From Vulcanimicrobiota bacterium (GTDB taxonomy: Bacteria > Vulcanimicrobiota > Vulcanimicrobiia > Vulcanimicrobiales > Vulcanimicrobiaceae): DNA of 64,000 nucleotides. The position numbers and the translations under genes were made by a program. The stretch lies in contig CAVRQT010000003.1 of NCBI GenBank assembly GCA_963723515.1, positions 320,001 to 384,000 of the forward strand. The letters are read 5' to 3'. The notes under the pieces were generated by a model. The model was not told where the DNA came from. It ran no database searches and was given only the letters and a program-made list of their open reading frames with translations. Positions 30,938 to 40,913 of this stretch are shown one piece after another; positions within the stretch are counted from its first letter, which is position 1; each line of letters opens with the position of its first letter.

Positions 30938-32457
30938 TTGAAGCGCTCGTTTGTACTTGGTCTCTTTTTTATTGCCGTTTGCGCCGCAATCGCGCTGATC
31001 GGCGTTCGGGCAGATGCCCGGTCGAAGGCGCCTGCATCCCCGCTGCATCCCCGACGCCGGCCGCCGCGCCGACGGCAACCCCGGAGCCGCCCGACAAAGC
31101 GATTCCGCGCCTGCTCAACAACCTTAAAGCGAACCCGAATGACCGTGATTCGCTCGGGCAACTGGCCGAACAATACCTGACGATCGGCCGGCCCGACCTC
31201 TCGTTGCCGTTGACACAAAAACTTCTCGCGCTCGGCTCGCGGACCGCGCAGACCTTCTACTTTGACGGCTTTGCAAACGAGCAACTCAATCGCATACCGC
31301 AAGCGGTCGCCGATTACGAACAAGCGGCCAATCTCGATCCAACGAACATCGGCGTGCTTGGCGCGCTGACGCAAGTCTATCTGAAGACCAACCGCGTTGC
31401 GGATGCGGAGCGCATTGCGAAACGCGCGGTGACATTCAACAAGACCGATCGGCGCGCGTTCATCAATTACGGTCTCGTCCTGGCCTCCGAAAATAAATTC
31501 GACGATGCGCGAGCGCAGCTCGAAGCGGCGTACAAGATGGACCCGACGGACATCACGCCGCTGCTGCAGATCGGCCAAACCTACGCCTCGCAAAACGCAT
31601 ATCCCAACGCGCTGACTGCCATCCAACGTGCCATCACGGCTGACCCAAAGAATCCGCAGTCATATCTCTTCAAGGGCGACGTCTACGCGAAGCAACATGA
31701 CGTGGTTAACGCGCTGGCCGCGTACGAGCAAGCCGTTCAGTACGCGAGCGACGACGATCAGCGCGCCGGAATCATCGACCGTGAAGCGCAGTTCCTCGCG
31801 GGCGAAAAACGTAATCCAGAGGCGCAGGCAGCGTTCCAACGCGCGATCGACCGCTATCCAACGGTACTCGCCGGCTATCTCACATTCGGCGACTACTGGA
31901 ATCAACAGGGTCAAATCGGCAAAGCCGTTTCTGAGTGGACCTCTGCGCTTGGGCCGAACAAGGATAATCCCAGCGCGCTGCTGCGTTTGGGCACCTACGA
32001 TCTTCGAAGTGGTCATGTCCAAGAGGCGTTGACCTATTTGAAAACGCTCACCCAAGCTGCGCCGGATCAGGCGTCGTTCACCCTGCTCGGTCAAGCGTAT
32101 ACGTACAACCACGACTATGCGCGCGCGAAAGACGCCTGCAAGCAGTCGTACCAACTGCAGCCCAACCCGGCGGCACTCGGTTGTATCGCGGGCGCGGACT
32201 TTGAATTGAAAAACTACAAAGAATCGGCGGCGATCTTCGACGTGCTCAATTCACGCGTGCACGGCTACATGGATCAAAACGGTCAGCTGCTCTTTATCGC
32301 CGGCAAAGTGTACGAGCACACGAATCAAAAAGACAAGGCCGTCACCGCCTACAAGCGGCTGCTCGCGCTTGTGCGCCCCGGAACACCGGCCTACAAACAG
32401 GTTCAGCAGTCGATAAAAGATCTGAGCAAGGGAAACAGCAAAAAGCAAAAAGCGTAG
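30938..32457 (+). CDS. Secreted TPR-repeat protein (frameshift near 31040)
   Basis: Signal peptide, P/A/T linker, about ten TPR-like repeats. Confidence 0.85.
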
Positions 32458-32473
32458 ACGCTGCGTATCTTCC

Positions 32474-32533
32474 CTGTCACGCTGAGCTTGTCGAAGCGCC
32501 ACGATTCCGGTTGCCCTTCGACCGGCTCAGGGT
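32474..32533. repeat. REP-like inverted doublet
   Basis: ctgtcacgctgagcttgtcgaagcg ... cccttcgaccggctcagggt. Confidence 0.85.
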
Positions 32534-32541
32534 ATCGCTGA

Positions 32542-33525
32542 ATGCAATTCGTCTATGACGAGCTCTACACTCGGCATCTGCGCGGCATCCCGCATCCCGA
32601 GCGGCCCGAACGCGTTGCATTCGTCGCTGCTGCGCTCGAGAAAGCCGGCCAGCTCAACAACCGCATAACGCCCACGGATGCGCTCGACGAAGATATCTTG
32701 CGCGTCCATGCAGCGCCGTATCTTGAAAAGGTCAAGCGCGAGGTCGGCGCACTTGGGAGTCAGGCAGCGTACCTCTCGACCGGCGACACGGTCATTGATT
32801 CGACGTCCCTTGACGTAGCGCGCCGTGCCGCGGGAGGCGCAATCGCGGCCGTCAACGCGTGCGTGCAGCGCAATGCGCCGGTATTCGCTCTCGTCCGCCC
32901 GCCTGGTCATCATGCTGAGCCCGATCGCGGAATGGGTTTTTGTCTGTTCAATAATGCTGCAATTGCGGCGCGCGCATTTCTAGCACGCGATGGTGGCCGC
33001 GTGCTCATCGTCGATTTCGATTACCATCACGGCAACGGCACGCAGTGCGTCGCGGGAAACAGACTATCGTACGTTTCCACGCATGCCTATCCGGCATATC
33101 CGGGCACCGGAGGTCCTGGCGAAAACTATTTGACCGGTAACGATGTAATCGCCAACGTGCCGCTGACGACGCACGACTTCGGATCCGAGCCGTTCGTCGC
33201 GCTTTGGGAACGGCTCTTACCCGCAATCGCGCAACGCGTGCGGCCAAATCTCATGATCGTCAGCGCGGGGTTTGATTACATCGCCGGCGATACGGTCGGC
33301 GACTTAAACATCGAAACCGACGTCGCGAGCGATCTCGCGCGCTTAATCAACCGCGTCGCTGCAGAGCATTGCAGCGGCAGAGTTGCGTATGTCTTGGAGG
33401 GTGGTTACGGTCTTGAGGCGCTCGCCGAATCGATCATGCGCATCGCAGACGCAACCGATCGGCACGAAAATGACGTCAGTGGCGCAAGCGATGCGGCAAT
33501 CCCGCCTGCCCAGCGCCGCATCTGA
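32542..33525 (+). CDS. Histone deacetylase-family protein
   Basis: HPERPER, RPPGHHA, GFCLFNN, DFDYHHGNGTQ, SAGFD, LEGGY. Confidence 0.95.
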   Translation: MQFVYDELYTRHLRGIPHPERPERVAFVAAALEKAGQLNNRITPTDALDEDILRVHAAPYLEKVKREVGALGSQAAYLSTGDTVIDSTSLDVARRAAGGAIAAVNACVQRNAPVFALVRPPGHHAEPDRGMGFCLFNNAAIAARAFLARDGGRVLIVDFDYHHGNGTQCVAGNRLSYVSTHAYPAYPGTGGPGENYLTGNDVIANVPLTTHDFGSEPFVALWERLLPAIAQRVRPNLMIVSAGFDYIAGDTVGDLNIETDVASDLARLINRVAAEHCSGRVAYVLEGGYGLEALAESIMRIADATDRHENDVSGASDAAIPPAQRRI

Positions 33526-33559
33526 CGTCCTCGACCTATGGTCAGCTGCTCGAATTGAT

Positions 33560-34594
33560 CTAGGGAACGACGGATGCGGCGATTCGTGAAAGCTCTTGCC
33601 GTGAGAGATCGCCGACCAGCGCAAAGTGCAATCCCGCTTCAGCCCACGTCAGAAGTGTCGTTGGGCCGTCCTGAACGTATTGCGCGTCATGATCTTCGAA
33701 CCGAGTGGTCTGCACCTTGTATCGGCTCAAATCGACGGCGGCGCCCCGATTGTTCTCGAATAAGGAAATTGTGCGAACGCCATCAGAGTACAGGACGTGC
33801 AACGTCGGGACGCCCCTAACTTCAGAGACGTCTCCGCGGACGGGCACAAAGCCGTCGGGCAGATACTTCGGCCCCACCGCGTCAAACCCGACGGTCCGCA
33901 CTATCCCCGCAAAGTCGCGCGACAGCGCGCCGTGCCCCATGCCCTGGACGATCGCATATCCCGCCAAGTGCGGCACGTCGAAGATCGCGGTCGGGAAATC
34001 ATTTTCGTAGCGTATGTCCTCGTACCGCATGTGGCTAATCACGGAGCCGTTCGCGGCGTACCGCTCTTTTTCCAATGCAAGGTGCGTTTCGTTATCGATC
34101 CAGATTCGCATGATGATCTGGCCGGTATGCTTGTTCATCAGCGCGATCGCCGTCGTTGAACGTCCCGCGACCGTTTCCGATGGACCGGGCAGCGCGATAT
34201 AATTCGATTGCAGCAAGCCGAAGTTGTCATTCATTGCCACCTGATCATCGACTACCGCGTTTGATGCGACGATCACTTTGCGATCCTTGACGTCGACGTC
34301 ATAGGATTGCGTCCCACGCGTGATGGTCCAATCGCCATAGAGCGAGCCTGGCGCGAGATATGTGCGGCGTGTCATGTTGGGTGCGCGGTGCTCGATGCGG
34401 TAGATCGTCGCTTCTGAGCCCGTATTGCCGAAGCGCACATTATCAACTTGTCCGGCGTAAGAAATGTGCGCCGGCGCGTTGACGCTGGCGCGCAAGAGCG
34501 CGGACGCATCTTCTGCGCCCGCGTTTTTGCTCTGGACGCCCGCCGCCGCAGCGACGAGCGTCAGGACCAAAAGTGCTTTAGTGCTGCGGACCAT
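33560..34594 (-). CDS. RseB/MucB-like periplasmic anti-sigma co-regulator
   Basis: Signal peptide, ETVAGR, PKYLPDGF, LYSDGVRTISLFE, LVGDL. Confidence 0.82.
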   Translation of the reverse strand: MVRSTKALLVLTLVAAAAGVQSKNAGAEDASALLRASVNAPAHISYAGQVDNVRFGNTGSEATIYRIEHRAPNMTRRTYLAPGSLYGDWTITRGTQSYDVDVKDRKVIVASNAVVDDQVAMNDNFGLLQSNYIALPGPSETVAGRSTTAIALMNKHTGQIIMRIWIDNETHLALEKERYAANGSVISHMRYEDIRYENDFPTAIFDVPHLAGYAIVQGMGHGALSRDFAGIVRTVGFDAVGPKYLPDGFVPVRGDVSEVRGVPTLHVLYSDGVRTISLFENNRGAAVDLSRYKVQTTRFEDHDAQYVQDGPTTLLTWAEAGLHFALVGDLSRQELSRIAASVVP

Positions 34595-35102
34595 TCACGG
34601 CGTATGCGACCGGCACCGCAACAGCGGCCGCCTGGTCGGACGCAACATTCGACTGCAGCTCGGCCGGCGCAGCTTCGCTCCGGTCACCGAACGGGACGGC
34701 GCCGTTCATGGCGGCGTGGTCTTGCAGATAGTATGCCGCGTCAATTAAGACCGGCGCTTCACGATGACCTAGATACGTCGGGCCGAAGTAAGCGGCGACC
34801 GCAATCACGGCGGCGGCAGGAATGAGGTATGCCGGACGCAGCCACGCGCGCAAACGCGCGCCGTAGGACGGCTGCGCTTCGCGGATGAGTTGCCAAACGT
34901 TCGCCTTGATCGTTGAAGGCATTTCGCGTTCGTCGCGGGAGGCTTGCTCGCGCAGGACCTCCGAGACTCGGACTTCCGTCGCATACTCGTCGGCGCATTG
35001 CGTACACGTCTCGATATGCGAGAGTACGACGGCATCTTCCGCGGGCGCCAGAGCGCCGTGGATGTAGTCGATAAGTTGATCGTTTGTCAGATGTTGCATC
35101 AT
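34578..35102 (-). CDS. Zinc-finger (HxxxCxxC) anti-sigma factor
   Basis: HIETCTQC plus one TM helix. Confidence 0.9.
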   Translation of the reverse strand: MMQHLTNDQLIDYIHGALAPAEDAVVLSHIETCTQCADEYATEVRVSEVLREQASRDEREMPSTIKANVWQLIREAQPSYGARLRAWLRPAYLIPAAAVIAVAAYFGPTYLGHREAPVLIDAAYYLQDHAAMNGAVPFGDRSEAAPAELQSNVASDQAAAVAVPVAYAVNGPQH

Positions 35103-35716
35103 TGTCGTTGTTTTTGCTGCTGCTGCAGCAGTCTCCTCAAAAGTGCTCGCGCGCGGTGCAATCGGGATCGTACGGTCCCGATCGAACAGCCCATGATCTC
35201 GGAAATCTCCTGATAACTGTACTCCTCGATATCCGCGAGGACGACGACGGCGCGTTGGTCCGGCGAAAGCATCTCAAGCGAGCGCGCAAGCGACTCGCTG
35301 AGCTGGCCTTCAACGTAGTCTTCGATCGGGGTGACCGCCAGGGGCCTGTCCCCGCCGAATGCCTGCGGCGCGTTGTCCTCAGGTATCTCTTCCTGGAAAC
35401 GTCCTTTTTTGCGCCGAAGTTCATCCCGGTAGAGATTCGTTACGATTCGATAGATCCATGAGAGGAACGAGGTCCCCGGCACGAAGCTTCGCCAGGCGCG
35501 ATAGACGCGGATAAAGGCCTCTTGGGTCAGGTCGCGAGCATCCGCCTCGTTGCGTGTCAGGCGGTAGGCGAAGTTGTAGGTTGCCTTGCCGTACCGCTCG
35601 ATTGCGCGCTCCAGGAAGGCCGTTTGCTCCGGAGTCGGCGGCTCCAACGGCTTACGTGCAGCTCCCATCGCTCTGGAGCCCTCTTTCCCCGCGGGCCGCT
35701 CCGGCACTTGGCGCAC
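35099..35716 (-). CDS. ECF sigma factor (RpoE-like; start may be 35668)
   Basis: DARDLTQEAF, SWIYRI, SYQEISEIMGCSIGTVRSRLHRAR. Confidence 0.95.
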   Translation of the reverse strand: MRQVPERPAGKEGSRAMGAARKPLEPPTPEQTAFLERAIERYGKATYNFAYRLTRNEADARDLTQEAFIRVYRAWRSFVPGTSFLSWIYRIVTNLYRDELRRKKGRFQEEIPEDNAPQAFGGDRPLAVTPIEDYVEGQLSESLARSLEMLSPDQRAVVVLADIEEYSYQEISEIMGCSIGTVRSRLHRARALLRRLLQQQQKQRQ

Positions 35717-35733
35717 TTTGCGGCCCTATGCTA

Positions 35734-35751
35734 AGTTAGGCATACCTAACT
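35734..35751. promoter_or_regulatory. DtxR/IdeR/MntR-type operator
   Basis: AGTTAGG-CATA-CCTAACT dyad, just downstream of a TATGCT -10-like hexamer and 4 nt before the ATG. Confidence 0.75.
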
Positions 35752-35755
35752 GTAC

Positions 35756-37555
35756 ATGTTCACAAAGCAATTCCTGACCGGAGTGGCCTTCTTGGCAGGC
35801 CTTTTTGCGTGCCTGACGCTTTGTGTTTCGGCTGCGCCGGCTGGCACATCGCCCACCGTCCCATTGCCGCCGCCCTCCGGTGACGGCCTCATCTATTTGC
35901 ACCCGCAAGTTTTGCGTGACGGCACAAAGCGCTTCGACATTACGGCGAAAGTCGTCGATTGGGAAGTTACCAAAGGAACGACGGTCCGCGCTTGGACGTA
36001 CGACGGTGTCGTACCCGGGCCGGTCATCCGCGTGCGCGTCGGAGACCGCGTGCAACTGGTCGTTCACAATGAATTGCCGCAACCGACCGTCGTGCACTTG
36101 CACGGCTTGGTCACCGCAAACGATATGGACGGCGTGCCGGGCGTTTCGCAGATGCCGATCCAGCCGCATGGCGTCTTCACCTATCGATTCACCGCGGTTC
36201 GTCCCGGGACGTACATCTATCACACGCACTACAACGATTTGGATCAGCTCGATCGCGGCTTATACGGAGCCGTGATCATCGACGAGCGCCATCCACCCAA
36301 AGTCGACCACGATTATCTCGAAGTGATCTCGAGCTGGCGCATCCGCAGCGACGCGGAGAATTTCTTCTCGCTCAACGGTAAGTCGTATCCCGAAACGCAC
36401 GCCCTCGAAGTCAAGCGCGGCCAAACGATTCGGCTGCGGTTCATCGACATCAGCGGTACGGAATTTCATACGATGCACTTGCACGGTCACCGCATGCGGA
36501 TCATCGCGCGTGACGGTAATCCGGTGTTGACGCCCGACGTTGAAAACACGGTGATGATCGGCCCAGGGCAGACGATCGACACGCTGGTTAAAGCCGACGC
36601 CAATCCTGGAACGTGGCTGCTGCACTGCCATGTGCTCGATCACATGATGAACGGCAACGTGATGCCCGGCGGTCTGATAACGGCGCTCCACTACGAAGGA
36701 ACGCCCGATACGCTGGCGAGCCTCGATACGTCGATGGGCGGTTACTCGCACGGCTCGCGCGGTCAGCTTTCCTTTTGGACGACGATTTTGCTCGGCTGCA
36801 TCGCCGGGTTCACGATCTTCCTGGGACTGCCGGTCGCAAAATTGAGGCGCGTCGCGCCGCAGGTGATGTCTTTATTGAATTCGCTCGCGGTCGGCGTGCT
36901 GTTCTTCTTGCTCTTCGATGTCATCAAGCAGGCAACGGAGCCGATCGAGGATGCGTTGCGCACTGCGCAAACGGGCGGCGCGGATTACAACAACTTCGTA
37001 ACGCTCGTGATTGTCTTTGTGCTCGGCATCGCCATCGGCTTAGTGGGTCTTGTCTACGGCACGCGGTCTTTTATGCAGAGTGCGAAGGAAGGCGCGTCGC
37101 AGAATCCATTGATGCTTTCGCTCTTAATTGCGACCGGCATCGGGATGCACAACTTTGCCGAAGGGCTCGCGATCGGGCAATCGGCGGCAATCGGCGCAAT
37201 TCAGCTGGCGTTGATGCTGATCATTGGGTTCGGATTGCATAATGCAACCGAAGGTTTCGGAATAGCGGCGCCGCTTGTGCAGCTCCCCAGCGTGCGATGG
37301 CGATTCTTGTTGCTCGCGGGCTTCATCGGCGGCGCGCCGACGTTCATCGGAACGATCGTCGGCTATGTCCTGGTGTCGCCCACTCTGTCGGTGCTCTTCC
37401 TCACGCTCGCCGCGGGCGCGATCATCTTCGTAATCAGCGAGATGCTGCACGTGGCGCGTCGCGTGGGATTCGTGGAGGTCGGCGTCATCGGCCTCGCGCT
37501 CGGTTTCCTGTTCGCGTACGGCACGGATTTAATCATTACCGCGGCCGGCGCCTAA
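35756..37555 (+). CDS. Two-domain multicopper oxidase fused to a ZIP (ZupT-type) metal transporter
   Basis: Signal peptide; HLHG, YHTH, HTMHLHGH, HCHVLDHM; then TM domain with GMHNFAEG and GLHNATEG; single uninterrupted ORF. Confidence 0.9.
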   Translation: MFTKQFLTGVAFLAGLFACLTLCVSAAPAGTSPTVPLPPPSGDGLIYLHPQVLRDGTKRFDITAKVVDWEVTKGTTVRAWTYDGVVPGPVIRVRVGDRVQLVVHNELPQPTVVHLHGLVTANDMDGVPGVSQMPIQPHGVFTYRFTAVRPGTYIYHTHYNDLDQLDRGLYGAVIIDERHPPKVDHDYLEVISSWRIRSDAENFFSLNGKSYPETHALEVKRGQTIRLRFIDISGTEFHTMHLHGHRMRIIARDGNPVLTPDVENTVMIGPGQTIDTLVKADANPGTWLLHCHVLDHMMNGNVMPGGLITALHYEGTPDTLASLDTSMGGYSHGSRGQLSFWTTILLGCIAGFTIFLGLPVAKLRRVAPQVMSLLNSLAVGVLFFLLFDVIKQATEPIEDALRTAQTGGADYNNFVTLVIVFVLGIAIGLVGLVYGTRSFMQSAKEGASQNPLMLSLLIATGIGMHNFAEGLAIGQSAAIGAIQLALMLIIGFGLHNATEGFGIAAPLVQLPSVRWRFLLLAGFIGGAPTFIGTIVGYVLVSPTLSVLFLTLAAGAIIFVISEMLHVARRVGFVEVGVIGLALGFLFAYGTDLIITAAGA

Positions 37556-37568
37556 CAGTCACGGTTGA

Positions 37569-38122
37569 CTGTCACGCTTAGCTTGTCGAAGCGCCACCGT
37601 GATCGTGACTTGAATCACTGTCACGCTGAGCTCAGCCTGCCCTGAGCGGCGTCGAAACGTGAAGTGGAAGCGCCACCGTGATCGTGACTTTGAATCACTG
37701 TCACGCTGAGCTTGTCGAAGCGCCACCACAACGTGGCTCGCAATCACTGTCACGCTGAGCTTGTCGAAGCGCCACGGCGAGTGAAGGCTTCCACGGATGA
37801 AACCGTTCATCGTCCAATGCTGCGCTACTTCGAAGGGATTACTATTCGGAATGACCAGCCATATCGATGCGGTCGCGACATCGGAAGGCATTCACCGCAC
37901 GTATTATGAAGCTACTCCGCCGGCCAGTTAACTGCGTGTGGGCGGAGAGTTCAAATACGGTGCGGTCGACGCACTTCCGCTGTTCGCCGAGAAGCATTGA
38001 AAGGCTGTTCGCAATCGAAAGTAAGTCCCGTCGAAGTAGCGCGGCATATAGAAGCTGATTAAGTCGTTGCAACCGCAGCCGTCCCGATCGCGGTGGCGCT
38101 TCGACAAGCTCAGCGTGACAGT
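37569..38122. repeat. REP-like tandem copies plus an inverted copy, bracketing a palindromic interior
   Basis: Four forward ctgtcacgctgagcttgtcgaagcgccac-type copies (37569-37775), one reverse copy (38093-38122). Confidence 0.9.
37797..38060. pseudogene. Garbled GIY-YIG nuclease-like sequence visible on both strands
   Basis: + strand fragments MKPFIV / MLRYFEG / YY-GMTSHID / RRPVNCVW; - strand FYMPRYFDGTYF; resemble the YxLRCxDGxYYxGxT...RRPVxLV pattern of small GIY-YIG proteins. Confidence 0.55.
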
Positions 38123-38188
38123 GTGGCGACGGCGCCATCTCATCGTTGCCATAGCCGCGAGCGCCTAAGACGTTTGCGCGCGCGGTGC

Positions 38189-38899
38189 TTACAGGCCCGG
38201 CGGGAAGCTGTAGTTTGGTGGCGGGACGACCGGCGTGCCGACTTCGAGCGTGATTTGTTGGTGCGCGCGCAGCGGAATCTGCGCGAGGTCACCGTCGTAC
38301 TTCGCGCCGTTAATGAAGGCTGTCACTGGGCCGTTATACGGCCCGACCTCATCGCGGCGTAAATCCTCGCCCCAGATATCGAAGAAGTTGCCGAGCGTAT
38401 ATTGACGCAGCTCCGGCGACTCAACGTGAATGACGCCGCTGGGATCGTGAGTGTGGATCCAATAGAGGCATGCGCCGTTGTTGCTCGTGGGGACGATGCC
38501 GATGTACTGCGGGACCTGGATCTGCTTCCTGTTGTTGAAGATCGACAGATGCGAGTGAATGTGCATCGTCACTTGCTCCGTCGCTTCGCATTGAATCCCG
38601 TCGACCGCGCCGCCCGCGCCGCCGCCTTTGTTGTCTCCCGGCGCGAGCGCTAGTTTGCCGATGCCTTGATCGCTGAGTTGGATCGGTTTTTCACTGGCGT
38701 TCGGGCCGGGTGTCGGTGTCGCAACGGCGTTGGCAAAATCCTGATTTTGCTTGTAGCGTAACGCAGCAAAAGCGATGATGATCACGACGATGGCAATCCC
38801 TAACCCGAGATAGACCGTCCGCATCGGATCGCGACGAGGGGGTCTTTCTCCGGGTGATCCCGCGCGCGCTTGACGCCGGCGCTCCTGGCGCGAGCTCAC
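38189..38899 (-). CDS. Membrane-anchored hypothetical protein with putative metal-binding His motifs
   Basis: One TM; HIHSH, CLYWIHTHDPSGVIHVES. Confidence 0.8.
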   Translation of the reverse strand: MSSRQERRRQARAGSPGERPPRRDPMRTVYLGLGIAIVVIIIAFAALRYKQNQDFANAVATPTPGPNASEKPIQLSDQGIGKLALAPGDNKGGGAGGAVDGIQCEATEQVTMHIHSHLSIFNNRKQIQVPQYIGIVPTSNNGACLYWIHTHDPSGVIHVESPELRQYTLGNFFDIWGEDLRRDEVGPYNGPVTAFINGAKYDGDLAQIPLRAHQQITLEVGTPVVPPPNYSFPPGL

Positions 38900-39909
38900 G
38901 AAACGAGCACCTTCGCCGGATTCAAGCGGCGGTCGTCGCGCAGATAATTGCTCACGTAGTCAGCGACCGCTTCGGCTAACGGCGTCACCGCTTTCATGTA
39001 GCCGGTCGATCGGAGCTTTTCGATTTCGGCTTTCGTCAAGTACTGGTACTTGTCACGCATCGCGGGCGGCATATCGATGAACTCGATGCGTTCGGGAACG
39101 CGCAGCGCCGTGAAAATTGGGCGCACGAGTTCGAGCCACGTATGCGCCGTACCGGATCCGACATTGTAGAGGCCCATTGCGTTTGTTTCTGCCAGATGCA
39201 GCGTCATCTCGACTGCATCTTTCACATAGATGAAGTCGCGCTCTTGTTCGCCATCGGCGTAGTCCGGCCGGTAACTGCGAAAGAGCCGCACCGTTCCGCG
39301 ATCGCGGATCTGTCCGAAGGCTTTATTTGCAACGCTCCGCATGTCACCCTTATGCTGCTCGTTTGGGCCGAAGACGTTGAAATATTTGAGGCCGGTAATG
39401 CGCTCTAACCAGCCGTTTCGCTGCGCATACTGGTCGAAGAGATGCTTCGAGTAGCCGTACATATTGAGCGGTTGCAGCTGATCCAGGGGAAGACTCTCGG
39501 AGAGCCCCTCTTCGCGCGCACCGTATGTCGCGCCGGACGACGCATAAAGAAGGCGGGCGCCTTTGGAAAGCGCCCATGCCGCGATATTCTTGCTGTACTC
39601 AAAGTTGTTGCGCATCAAGTATGCGGCGTCGCTCTCCGTCGTTGAAGAGCAGGCGCCCAAATGAAAAATCGTGCGCGCGCCGGCAAAGCGCTGCGGCGAC
39701 GCGAGAAGCGCTTCTTCGAAATCATCCGCATCGACATAATCCGCGTAGTGAAGCGGCGCGAGATTCTTCCACTTCTCGTCGGCGTGCAGACGATCGACGA
39801 CGAGGATGTCGTCGATACCGCGCAGGTTGAGCGCCCAGATCAACGAGCTGCCGATGAAGCCGGCACCGCCGGTAACGATAATTCGACCGGTATCCAACGA
39901 AATTGCCAA
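38896..39909 (-). CDS. hldD: ADP-L-glycero-D-manno-heptose 6-epimerase
   Basis: IIVTGGAGFIGS, HLGACSSTTE, PLNMYGYSK, YFNVFGPNEQHKGDMRS. Confidence 0.93.
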   Translation of the reverse strand: MAISLDTGRIIVTGGAGFIGSSLIWALNLRGIDDILVVDRLHADEKWKNLAPLHYADYVDADDFEEALLASPQRFAGARTIFHLGACSSTTESDAAYLMRNNFEYSKNIAAWALSKGARLLYASSGATYGAREEGLSESLPLDQLQPLNMYGYSKHLFDQYAQRNGWLERITGLKYFNVFGPNEQHKGDMRSVANKAFGQIRDRGTVRLFRSYRPDYADGEQERDFIYVKDAVEMTLHLAETNAMGLYNVGSGTAHTWLELVRPIFTALRVPERIEFIDMPPAMRDKYQYLTKAEIEKLRSTGYMKAVTPLAEAVADYVSNYLRDDRRLNPAKVLVS

Positions 39910-39950
39910 GCCGCGTTTTTTGCGACCCGACGATTGCAAGTCCCTGCGCG

Positions 39951-39999
39951 AGCCTGCACTGAGCTTGTCGAACAGCCTGCACTGAGCTTGTCGAAGTGC
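39951..39999. repeat. Two tandem REP cores
   Basis: agcctgcactgagcttgtcgaa twice. Confidence 0.85.
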
Positions 40000-40037
40000 G
40001 TGAGGAGCGCTCCGCCATCGTGAGGAAAGCCACGCCG

Positions 40038-40913
40038 ATGCAATTGCAGCGCCGCCTCATTTGCGCGCTTCTCTTCATATTATGCGCTGCGTGCGCGAAT
40101 AGCGCTGCACCCCCGGCGAATGGAAAACCAGTCGTTGTGACGACGTTTTCGACGCTCGGTTCGCTGATTGAAATGGTCGGCGGCACGCGTCTTGACGTCG
40201 TAAACCTCGTTCCGGTGGGCAGTTCGCCCGAAGACTACCAGCCGACGCCGCAAGACGTCTCTCGTTTGCGATCGGCACGCCTGTTGATCGAGAACGGCGC
40301 GGGCATAGAGACATGGATTTCGCGTTTGATCGAAGGCGCGCGCAATCCGCAGCTGCAGATCTTGGTCTGCACCGACGGCTTGCCGGTGCATAATGGAAAT
40401 CCGCATCTCTGGATGGATCCGGTTCTCGCGCGCGCTTATGTTCGCAAGATCGAATCCGCGCTGGAACGCTTTGACCCCGCGGGGCGTGCCATCTACCGCG
40501 GTAACCTTCAGCGGGCGACCGCGCAGCTCGCGACGCTCGACCGCTCGGTGCGTGGGAAGATTGCGACGATTCCCGCGGCCAACCGAACGATGATCGTTTT
40601 TCATGACGCCTGGCACTATTACAACGACCGCTACGGTATTCGCACCGTTGGCGCAATCGAGCTATCGCCGGGACAGGAGCCGACGCCGCGCTATCTGGCA
40701 CAATTGATAGCCCTGGCCAAGCAGTTTCGCGTGCGCGCGATCTTTGCAGAGCCGGAATACAGCCCCAAACTCGCGCAGATGCTGGCTGAGAATAGCGGCA
40801 TCCAAACCGTCACCGATCTCTACGACGACTCCCTCGGAAACGATTCGCGCGTTCGCGATTACGTTAGCCTGATTTCTTATGACACCGACGTAATCGTGCG
40901 CGCCCTGAAGTAG
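40038..40913 (+). CDS. Zn/Mn ABC substrate-binding protein (TroA/PsaA/ZnuA family)
   Basis: Lipoprotein-like signal, NGAGIE, NPHLWMDP, FHDAWHY. Confidence 0.92.
   Translation: MQLQRRLICALLFILCAACANSAAPPANGKPVVVTTFSTLGSLIEMVGGTRLDVVNLVPVGSSPEDYQPTPQDVSRLRSARLLIENGAGIETWISRLIEGARNPQLQILVCTDGLPVHNGNPHLWMDPVLARAYVRKIESALERFDPAGRAIYRGNLQRATAQLATLDRSVRGKIATIPAANRTMIVFHDAWHYYNDRYGIRTVGAIELSPGQEPTPRYLAQLIALAKQFRVRAIFAEPEYSPKLAQMLAENSGIQTVTDLYDDSLGNDSRVRDYVSLISYDTDVIVRALK

Noticed and set aside
37559..37891. ORFs containing LRQAQRD / VTLSLSK peptides (also 32251-32502, 38093-38362, 49493-49720)
   Set aside because: These peptides are translations of the REP-like repeat, not genes
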